Below are positions 1 through 7,660 of a stretch of 22,032 bases of DNA, piece after piece (positions within the stretch are counted from its first letter, which is position 1; each line of letters opens with the position of its first letter). Below the pieces are notes generated by a model. That model made no database searches. It was not told the DNA's origin and saw only the letters and a program-made list of their open reading frames with translations. Made by a program: the position numbers and the translations under genes. The stretch is from Candidatus Coprovivens sp. (lineage in GTDB: Bacteria; Bacillota_I; Bacilli_A; RF39; UBA660), in the NCBI GenBank assembly GCA_051892935.1, contig JBJFGS010000017.1, forward strand, positions 1 through 22,032, read 5' to 3'.

Positions 1-12
1 TTATTCATAAGA

Positions 13-38
13 AAACCTCTAGAAAAATCTAGGGGTTT
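13..38 (+). terminator. Probable intrinsic terminator for a + strand gene ending at or before the window edge
   Basis: AAACCTCTAGA-AAAA-TCTAGGGGTTT stem; the T18:G33 pair works as a G-U wobble only on the + strand. Confidence 0.5.
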
Positions 39-50
39 GTCTACACTCTG

Positions 51-85
51 AAAAATAACACTATTTCTTATAGTGTTATTTTTTT
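51..85. terminator. Bidirectional terminator-like hairpin overlapping the stop codon of the HEXXH operon
   Basis: Perfect 14-bp inverted repeat AAAAATAACACTAT (51-64) / ATAGTGTTATTTTT (70-83), 5-nt loop, A/T tracts on both sides. Confidence 0.7.
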
Positions 86-1123
86 ATATAAACAATCTTC
101 ATAATATAATACATTTTTATTAAGAACAATCCCATACTTATTTAGTATATCAAATATATTATATTGATTTCCATTTAAAATAATATCTTCTAATACTGCC
201 AATGCCTTTTTTCTATTTTTTTGATAAATTACATATAATTCAACAGCAATTAAATAAGGTAGTTGATAAGAATAATCTTGTGTAATAGATTCTTCAAGTA
301 AAAAAACAATATCTTCCTCACTAAAATCATACATTTTTAAGCATCTTAACAAATCATCTTCTTTTAAATGCTTATGCTTATTAACTAAATCTAACAACTC
401 GTTTTTATCACCTAAAAAAGATGCTTGAGATTTAATTAATGTATGCAAAAAATTTTTCCTTTGAAAATTATCATCAAATAAATTATATTTTTTGCTGATA
501 AAATCAGTAGCAATTAATTCCATAAATATTGCTGATGTTTCTCTTATGACAAATGAATCTAAAAAATATTGATTAGAAAAAAAATCTATAGCATGTTCTA
601 ATTCATGAATTAATATGGTAAATTTAGTAATATTAGAATAATTAGGAACAAAGATAAAAGCTTCGCCGGTACTTTTTAAAGTGAGAGTTTCTCCAGCAGT
701 ATCAGTTTGAGGATTAATAAATTTCAAATGGTCTTCTGCTTCCTCTTGAAAACTGCTAAAACCAGAATAAAAGAACTCTCCTTGATTTCTAAAAAACATT
801 TCAGCATCTTCCGTAGCCTGTCCATCACTTATTGGAAAAAAAGAGTAAGAAGTATTAAAAATTAATTCACTTTGAGAACGACCTATATTGCTGAATTTTT
901 CCGAAAATGAATAAAAAGGTTTATAAAAATGTATATCACCAGCATCATCTAATAATCGTTCATATAAAGATATACTTTTTTCAGAAAAATTTCTTTCTAA
1001 TCTTTTAATATAATTGGACAATATACCTATATCTGCCATAACAACAGGATCACTTGAATAACTTTTTAAAATATTAAGTAACTTTTTTAAATCTTCAATT
1101 CTTATATCGTAAACTTTTTCCAT
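68..1123 (-). CDS. HEXXH metallopeptidase-like protein (M3/oligoendopeptidase F-like fold), paralog 3
   Basis: 351 aa; IHELEHAID followed by RETSAIFMEL (third zinc ligand E) and YSYQLPYLIA; start overlaps the upstream gene by 29 nt. Confidence 0.7.
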   Translation of the reverse strand: MEKVYDIRIEDLKKLLNILKSYSSDPVVMADIGILSNYIKRLERNFSEKSISLYERLLDDAGDIHFYKPFYSFSEKFSNIGRSQSELIFNTSYSFFPISDGQATEDAEMFFRNQGEFFYSGFSSFQEEAEDHLKFINPQTDTAGETLTLKSTGEAFIFVPNYSNITKFTILIHELEHAIDFFSNQYFLDSFVIRETSAIFMELIATDFISKKYNLFDDNFQRKNFLHTLIKSQASFLGDKNELLDLVNKHKHLKEDDLLRCLKMYDFSEEDIVFLLEESITQDYSYQLPYLIAVELYVIYQKNRKKALAVLEDIILNGNQYNIFDILNKYGIVLNKNVLYYEDCLYKKITL

Positions 1124-2240
1124 CTTTTAAATCCCTTGCTTTATCAAATAATATCTTTAAATATTTTTCAAAATTTTTACCAGGTTCTAAACCCAAACTT
1201 TTTACATATTCCAAATAACCAGCTGAATGCTCATTTTTACTATTAATAATTTTATATAATAAATCTAAAGCAAATTGTTTGTCATATTGATAAATAATAT
1301 ACAACTCAATTGCAGTTAAATAAGAAATAATATAATGAAAATAATCTCTCATATAAGTGTTTATAACATCTTTTACACCTATTAAATTATATCCTTCTTC
1401 TATAGACAAGTACTTTTTTACAGTTCTCTTATCATATAGTTGCCTACTAGTTAAAGTATTATACATATTAAGTTTAGAACAAATTAATTGAGCAGAATAT
1501 ATATAATCTTTTAATACTTGTATACTAATATCGAATGAATCCTGTTCTAAATCTAATTTATCTTTTAAATAATCTACTCCCAGTATTTCGAAGAATAAAG
1601 ATTCTAATTCTATGAAACAATATTTTCCAAAATCAAACATTGCTAAAGGATTTATAGTACAAGAAATACCATGTCCAAATTCATGAATAGCAGTAATATA
1701 GTCCTGTGCAGTATTATTAACACCTAGTTCTATAAAAGTAATATCTGTATTGTAAACAGAATAAGTTTGACCACTTTCTGCAATATTAGGTGACAACTTA
1801 TTAACAAAAAGAGTATTTTTAAATCTACTTGATAATAAAGTATATTTTTTACTAAAGACACCACCAATAGAACTATAAAAATCTTTACTAATAGTTAGTA
1901 CTTTAGATATAGAAGTATCAATAGTAGGTAACTTATCATTTGGTTTTATTATCAAAGATTCACCAATATCACTAATCTCTCTAATATATGGACAATAAAT
2001 ACCATATTTATCTATAATAGAAAAATCATCTTCAATAATACATCTAAAATTAGAACTTTCTCCCTTTTCTAAAAGGTGCCTTCTAGTATGAGTAAGTTCA
2101 TCATATCTATCTATTATATCTAAAATAGAGTTAGCTGTACTTTCATATTCCAATGAAAGAGTAGGATCTGCTGTTTCACATGCTATACTATAATATTTAT
2201 GATATAAATCTTTTAAATAACCAATATTCCATCTTTGCAT
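1095..2240 (-). CDS. HEXXH metallopeptidase-like protein (M3-like), paralog 2
   Basis: 381 aa; IHEFGHGIS, FIELESLFFEI, FHYIISYLTA motifs; starts 1 nt after the stop of the upstream paralog. Confidence 0.7.
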   Translation of the reverse strand: MQRWNIGYLKDLYHKYYSIACETADPTLSLEYESTANSILDIIDRYDELTHTRRHLLEKGESSNFRCIIEDDFSIIDKYGIYCPYIREISDIGESLIIKPNDKLPTIDTSISKVLTISKDFYSSIGGVFSKKYTLLSSRFKNTLFVNKLSPNIAESGQTYSVYNTDITFIELGVNNTAQDYITAIHEFGHGISCTINPLAMFDFGKYCFIELESLFFEILGVDYLKDKLDLEQDSFDISIQVLKDYIYSAQLICSKLNMYNTLTSRQLYDKRTVKKYLSIEEGYNLIGVKDVINTYMRDYFHYIISYLTAIELYIIYQYDKQFALDLLYKIINSKNEHSAGYLEYVKSLGLEPGKNFEKYLKILFDKARDLKDGKSLRYKN

Positions 2241-2241
2241 A

Positions 2242-3396
2242 TTAAAACCTTCTTTTTTGTAATTTCTTATTGAAATTATTTAATATAATCCCGACTTCTT
2301 CTTTAGCGTGTGAATTTAAAGAAAGATTTTCTATTATAAACACCAATAAATCTTCATTAGCAGGAAAAGCTAAAAATTTTTTAAATAATTCTAAGGCTTT
2401 CTTTTTGTCGTTTTTATACATGTGTAATAATTCTAAAGAAACAATAAAACTTAAAACATATACACCATCGTCTTCTATTGTAGTAGATAAAGCTTTTTCA
2501 AAACATTCTTCATCTACTTCATAAGACTCTTCTAATTCAGAAAAAAATCTATTTGACATAACAAATTTATTGTCAGCCCAAGTATTAACAATAGGAGTAT
2601 GAAGAGTTAAAAATTCAGCTAAATCAAGATAAGTTACAACGTTTGTATATAAATGATAAGCGACTTCTAAATCATCAAAATTCCCTTTATTCTCATACAA
2701 AGCCACAAGCTCTGGGAAAATAGCAGCCACCTCAATAAAGAAATCTTCGCGATCGGTATATGACACATTAGGATTGACTATATTATGAATAGCATGGCCA
2801 TATTCATGAACAGCACAACCATAATTTTCTAAAGGGCTTATATCACAAATACTAATAAAATTTTTATTAACCCCACCAATGAATAGCGTATTGCCGTTAG
2901 ATTTTTTGTCATCATTTTGAGACCTACTTAAGAACTTTATATTCTGCTGTCTTTCTTTGTAAATAGAAGAAAAGACTTGATATAAATCTCTGTCAAATGC
3001 ACTGTAAAATTTATCAACAAGACTTAACGTTCTAGAATGGTTACTAGAAGCACCAGTATGTAAAAAATAAAAATTTCCGTTTTCATCAATTTCCTCAAGA
3101 CGATTAGAAATATCGTCAGCCAATTCTAAATGATCAATACATTTATCTAAAAAATTTCCAATAATAGAGTAATATCTTCCGTAAGTTAATCTAGCGTTCA
3201 ATATACTAGAAAGCCTTTGTCTAGCAGTATCCTTTGATGCTTGAAAATTGTTAAAATTATCATGAAATAATTTATCAGTAGTATCCGCAATCTTTTGAAG
3301 ATAAACTTTTCTTTTTATATCAGATTCTTTCTCGATTAATTCGTTTAACTTCCTAATTTCTTCTACAAACTCATCGTATCCCCAATTATAAGCCAT
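2242..3396 (-). CDS. HEXXH metallopeptidase-like protein (M3-like), paralog 1
   Basis: 384 aa; VHEYGHAIH, FIEVAAIFPEL, VYVLSFIVS motifs; GGGGGA ribosome-binding site upstream of ATG. Confidence 0.7.
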   Translation of the reverse strand: MAYNWGYDEFVEEIRKLNELIEKESDIKRKVYLQKIADTTDKLFHDNFNNFQASKDTARQRLSSILNARLTYGRYYSIIGNFLDKCIDHLELADDISNRLEEIDENGNFYFLHTGASSNHSRTLSLVDKFYSAFDRDLYQVFSSIYKERQQNIKFLSRSQNDDKKSNGNTLFIGGVNKNFISICDISPLENYGCAVHEYGHAIHNIVNPNVSYTDREDFFIEVAAIFPELVALYENKGNFDDLEVAYHLYTNVVTYLDLAEFLTLHTPIVNTWADNKFVMSNRFFSELEESYEVDEECFEKALSTTIEDDGVYVLSFIVSLELLHMYKNDKKKALELFKKFLAFPANEDLLVFIIENLSLNSHAKEEVGIILNNFNKKLQKRRF

Positions 3397-3465
3397 AGTA
3401 ATCCCCCATTAATTAATGAAATATAATAACACATGAAAATGTAAACTGCAAATGTTAAAAAAATA

Positions 3466-3494
3466 TTGACTAAAAATATTAAAAAGTATATACT
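3466..3494 (+). promoter_or_regulatory. Sigma-A promoter driving the non-coding region
   Basis: TTGACT (3466-3471), 17-nt spacer, TATACT (3489-3494); A-rich UP-like sequence upstream; predicted start near 3501. Confidence 0.75.
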
Positions 3495-3500
3495 TAATAT

Positions 3501-4511
3501 AGTAAGGAGGTATACAGAAGACGAACAATTCTTTAATACCTTAAAAATATGGTTTAGGGCATAAACTTGAAAAATAGTGATAATATAAAGAAATTTATAT
3601 TTCGTTTGTGAAAAAGTATATCTAATAAATGGTATTAAAATCGATAGTCCGCAAAACTATCAAAAAGTTCATTACCGCAAATAATGAATCATATAACTTG
3701 TAACATGTGTATTTGCAGTACATTTGTATATTAGTAATAGTTTACTAAGCCAACAAGTTATTTCCAGCATGAGAAATCATGACTGAAGAGGGTATATGTT
3801 ACCAATATACTCTATTCGTCAACTGTTAGTCGTTGTATGGTTTTAAAACTCATCACCATACGATTACTATTCAAGCAATTGGAGTATCAATTTACCACTA
3901 TGGTGTTATTAATAGTTAGCATTTTCTATTTGCCAAAAAGGATGATAACATTTTAGTGAAAATGATGGGGAGCTTTCATACTAGTCCAGATATATTAAAA
4001 TATATCGCAAGTATGTTATGCATTATTGATCATTTTTGTTAAAATATGATAATAACTACCTTACTTGAATTAGAAATGTTATCCTGATGAAAAGCATATG
4101 GGAAACAAGTCTTTGGGATTTTAAGGAAAAAGTATATCATATAAAAAACAATCTGTCCGCGTTTAAAAATTGGGGAATCTTAAACTTGTCTTGCAAGAGA
4201 ATCAAGCAATCCAAATGTTGAGTGAAAACCTTTTCGGTTAGCTGCTGATTAGTGAGTCACAATATGCTATATCGTGTGTGCGCGTATAAATAAAATTTAG
4301 CGATGAATTGGAGAATTCTTATACAAAAGTATAGTTAAACGTGAATGTGTTAATGTTACTTGGAATACAGGATGGATGACGTCGTGTATTTATGAAACTA
4401 TCAAAATAGTATGTCAAACCATTCAGCTATATGGAAGTTAATTTTCAAACGAATAAATGCAAAAAAGGATTAATATATCCGAGAAAAGAACGATTAATGT
4501 TCTTTTTTTTT
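3501..4511 (+). ncRNA. Candidate large (about 1 kb) structured non-coding RNA, family unassigned
   Basis: No ORF in the supplied track; own promoter and terminator; more than 15 helices by eye, including GAAA/GCAA tetraloops (3582-3601, 3765-3785, 4190-4199), twin CCGCAAA-loop hairpins (3643-3661, 3668-3688) and domain-closing helices 3693-3701/3753-3761, 3944-3953/4074-4083, 4105-4110/4184-4189. Confidence 0.7.
4484..4511 (+). terminator. Intrinsic terminator closing the candidate ncRNA
   Basis: AAAAGAAC-GATTAAT-GTTCTTTT with a run of 9 T (4503-4511). Confidence 0.7.
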
Positions 4512-4556
4512 GCATTCAATTCGTTTGAATATAAGTAAAGCTAAAAACGTTATATA

Positions 4557-4585
4557 TTGATTAAAAACCTAAAAAGGTATAAAAT
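4557..4585 (+). promoter_or_regulatory. Sigma-A promoter for the FIST/aldehyde dehydrogenase operon
   Basis: TTGATT (4557-4562), 17-nt spacer, TAAAAT (4580-4585). Confidence 0.55.
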
Positions 4586-4660
4586 ATAAAATAAGGAGGA
4601 TTGTAAAATCCCATCTAGCGTGTCTAGATTTATTGCATAGAATAAAAAGGAGGAATTTAT

Positions 4661-5818
4661 TTGAAAGCAATGGTAGGATCAAGTATCCTTAGTAACAGTT
4701 ATGAAGCAGGTGCAGATACTGCTAAAAATGCATTAAAAGGAATTAAAAGTCCTAAGATTGGTCTTTTATTTACTTCAGTCAAATACGATCAAGACGAAGT
4801 AATTAAAGGCATTAAATCTGTAAATCCCGAGTTAAAAGTTATCGGATGTACTTCATCTGGTGCTATTATGACTCCAGATGGAATTATCTCAAGTGAAAAT
4901 GGCTTCGCAGGTATGATGGTACTAGAAGATAATGAACTAAATGTTGGAGTTGCAGCTTCTCCAAGAGGCCAAGATCCAAGAGCAACAGGAAGAAAAATTG
5001 CTAAAGAAGCAATGGAAGATGCTGGTAAAAAACATCCACCAGTAGCATTTGCAATGTTTGCATCACCAGCTGAAGAAGAATACTACCTAAAAGGTATTCA
5101 AGATGTAATTGGAGAAGTTCCAATGTTTGGTGGCTCTGCAGCTGATGATGCAGTTGTAGGAGAATGGAAAGTACTTTGTGAAGACAAAACATTTGGAGAT
5201 GGATGTGCAGTAGCATTATTCTATACTACAAAAGAAATTAAAAATGTCTTTACAGGTGCATACAACGAAACTGACAACGTTGGTATCATTACTAAGGTAG
5301 AAGATGATCGTAAGATTGTTGAAATAGACCATGTACCAGCTCTAAAAAAATATGCTGAATGGACAGGATTAAATGCCGATGAATTAATGGGACAAAACCT
5401 ATTGGTAGCATCAATACCAATGGCATTAGGTGTAAAAACAATTCAAGGAGACTTAACTGCTGTTCGTCACCCAATGATTGGTAATCCGGATTACTCATTC
5501 AACGTTGGAGCAAAAATGGCTGAAAAAACTGCTATTATTCAACTTGAAACAGACGTTGACGGCTTAATAGGTGGCGCAGTATCTACAATTAAAGAATTAA
5601 AAACAGACTTCAAAGCAGGAGCAATGTTCTTAGTTCATTGCGGAGGAAGAAAATTACATATTGGTGATAGAGTAGATGAAGATTTCGTAGCAATTAAAAA
5701 TGCTGCTGGAGAAACTCCATTTATAGTAGCATTCACTTTCGGTGAATATGGTCAAAATAACCACTCTGGCGCAACAATTGGAGGATTGTCTCTATCATTT
5801 ACAGGATTCTCTGAATAA
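4661..5818 (+). CDS. Stand-alone FIST N/FIST C domain protein
   Basis: 385 aa, TTG start after AAGGAGG; FIST-typical motifs IGCTSSG, PMFGGSAAD, VHCGGR and FTFGEYG. Confidence 0.85.
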   Translation: MKAMVGSSILSNSYEAGADTAKNALKGIKSPKIGLLFTSVKYDQDEVIKGIKSVNPELKVIGCTSSGAIMTPDGIISSENGFAGMMVLEDNELNVGVAASPRGQDPRATGRKIAKEAMEDAGKKHPPVAFAMFASPAEEEYYLKGIQDVIGEVPMFGGSAADDAVVGEWKVLCEDKTFGDGCAVALFYTTKEIKNVFTGAYNETDNVGIITKVEDDRKIVEIDHVPALKKYAEWTGLNADELMGQNLLVASIPMALGVKTIQGDLTAVRHPMIGNPDYSFNVGAKMAEKTAIIQLETDVDGLIGGAVSTIKELKTDFKAGAMFLVHCGGRKLHIGDRVDEDFVAIKNAAGETPFIVAFTFGEYGQNNHSGATIGGLSLSFTGFSE

Positions 5819-5830
5819 TAGGAGGACAAA

Positions 5831-7270
5831 ATGGCAAAGAATTTAATAGGTAATAAATGGCTTGATTCAGCAGATGGCAAAGTAATCACAATTACAAACC
5901 CTGCAACTGGTGCAGTAATTGATACTGTTCCAGAAAGTACTCAAAAAGACTGTGATACAGCAGTACAAGTTGCAAAAAAAGCTCAAAAGTTATGGGCAAA
6001 AAGACCATTACATGAAAGAGCAGATATTTTGATGAAATTCGTTTCATTAGTTGAAAGAGATAAAGATATATTAGCTAAATTACTAAGTGATGAAACAGGT
6101 AAACCAATTACTGAAGCATATGGTGAAATAGCTAATGTGTCTGTTGGAATACCAGCTTTTTGCGAAAAAGCAAAACATGAATATGGTAATATGATTCCAG
6201 CAGGTCAAGAAAAAGGTAATGAAAATACCTTACAATATACAGTTCAAGCTCCATTAGGAGTAGTAGTAGCAATTATCCCATTCAATTTTCCAAGTGACTT
6301 ATTCTGTCAAAAAATACCACCTGCATTATTAATGGGAAATACTGTTATAATGAAACCATCACCACATAATCCATTAACATTAACTAAATATGCTGAATTA
6401 CTTCTTGAAGCAGGAGTAGATGAAGGTGTTATTAATGTTATAAATGGAACAGGTGGAGCAGCAGCTCAAGCATTAGCCGCTAATCCTGGTGTTGCCTTAG
6501 TAAGCTTAACAGGAGCTACTAAATCAGGAATGGAAACTATGAAAACTTGTAGTAACAACCTTACACATGTAATGTTAGAACTAGGTGGAAATGATGCCTT
6601 TATCTTAGATAGAGATGGCGATGTTGATTTAGCTGTTGAAGAAACAGTTTGGGGAAGATTCTATAATACAGGACAAGTATGTTGTGCTTCAAAACGTTTC
6701 TTAATTCATAATTCAGTTAAAAAAGAATATATTAAAAAATTAAAGGATAGATTATCTAAAATCAAAAGAGGAATGCCAAGTGACCCTACTGTAGAACTTG
6801 GATGTCTAGTAAGTGAACAAGCTGCAATTAGAGTTGAAGAACAAGTAAATCAAACGGTTGCAGAAGGAGCTACCATTGTTATGGGCGGCAAAAGAGATGG
6901 AGCTTTCTATGATCCTACAATTTTAGATGGCGTAACAAAGAACATGGCAGTTGCTAAAGATATGGAAATCTTTGGCCCAGTAGTGTCAATTATCGGATTT
7001 GATGATATTAATGAAGCAATCAAAATTGCTAATCAATCATCATTTGGACTATGTGGCTGCATAATTTCCCGTGATATGAATAATGCTATCCAAGTAGCAA
7101 ATCAACTTGAATGTGGTGGTGTAATTATTAATGGGGCATCATTCTTCCGTTCATTTGAAATGCCATTCGGCGGATGGAAACATTCTGGAATTGGTAACGA
7201 AGGTGTCATGTCTACATTAAAAGAAATGTCACGTACAAAAACTGTTATTCTAAAAAACATTCTAAAATAA
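5831..7270 (+). CDS. NAD(P)-dependent aldehyde dehydrogenase (lactaldehyde dehydrogenase-like)
   Basis: 479 aa; IIPFNFP, KPS, LELGGND (catalytic E), GQVCCA (catalytic C), EIFGPV, PFGGWKHSGIG; AGGAGG RBS. Confidence 0.93.
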   Translation: MAKNLIGNKWLDSADGKVITITNPATGAVIDTVPESTQKDCDTAVQVAKKAQKLWAKRPLHERADILMKFVSLVERDKDILAKLLSDETGKPITEAYGEIANVSVGIPAFCEKAKHEYGNMIPAGQEKGNENTLQYTVQAPLGVVVAIIPFNFPSDLFCQKIPPALLMGNTVIMKPSPHNPLTLTKYAELLLEAGVDEGVINVINGTGGAAAQALAANPGVALVSLTGATKSGMETMKTCSNNLTHVMLELGGNDAFILDRDGDVDLAVEETVWGRFYNTGQVCCASKRFLIHNSVKKEYIKKLKDRLSKIKRGMPSDPTVELGCLVSEQAAIRVEEQVNQTVAEGATIVMGGKRDGAFYDPTILDGVTKNMAVAKDMEIFGPVVSIIGFDDINEAIKIANQSSFGLCGCIISRDMNNAIQVANQLECGGVIINGASFFRSFEMPFGGWKHSGIGNEGVMSTLKEMSRTKTVILKNILK

Positions 7271-7294
7271 AAAAGATAACTAAATAATATATTT

Positions 7295-7332
7295 AAAGAG
7301 CAAAAAATGTATTAACTTTTTGCTCTTTTTTT
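7295..7332 (+). terminator. Intrinsic terminator after the aldehyde dehydrogenase
   Basis: AAAGAGCAAAAA (7295-7306) / TTTTTGCTCTTT (7317-7328) plus T tract. Confidence 0.8.
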
Positions 7333-7660
7333 AATTGCAAAAAAATTAAAAAAATCAAAAAAATTAAAAATGTAAATTTTATGAAAATCGATTTTTTTAA
7401 AAAAAGTAAAAAAATGTAAAATTGAAATAAAAAAATAAAAAAAGTGAACGAACCCAGGTAAAATAAGGAAAAAATAACTTTTATATATAACTGATAATAT
7501 CAAAATCAAAAAAACAAAAATCCCTAAAAATGGGAAAAATTCAATTTTTTAAAAAATGAAAAAAATGAAAAAATTGAAAAAAAATAAAAAATAAAACTTT
7601 TCATTATATGACATATCATTTATAATGAAATTAGGAAAAGGTAGAAGGAGAGTTTTGAAT

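Noticed and set aside
3555-3665. c-di-GMP-I riboswitch suggested by GGCA...GAAA...CGCAAAACTAT
   Set aside because: Spacing does not fit and the CGCAAA sequences sit in closed hairpin loops; only cmscan would settle it
3629-3703. 24-aa ORF MVLKSIVRKTIKKFITANNESYNL as a leader peptide or peptidase substrate
   Set aside because: No RBS upstream; it runs across the twin hairpins, which are better explained as RNA structure
3975-4290. Group I intron (TAGTCC) or group II intron (GTGCG at about 4278) signatures
   Set aside because: No matching P7 partner, no recognisable domain V, and no interrupted host gene
3501-4511. Region as tandem T-box or riboswitch leader of the FIST operon
   Set aside because: No T-box GGTGGNACC antiterminator motif seen, and the downstream operon has its own promoter candidate after the terminator
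7312-7509. 65-aa minus-strand Phe-rich ORF
   Set aside because: Artefact of the A-tract region read as poly-T
7625-7660. Longer nrdD start at ATG 7625
   Set aside because: It overlaps the probable -10 box and has no RBS; ATG 7661 follows AGGAG
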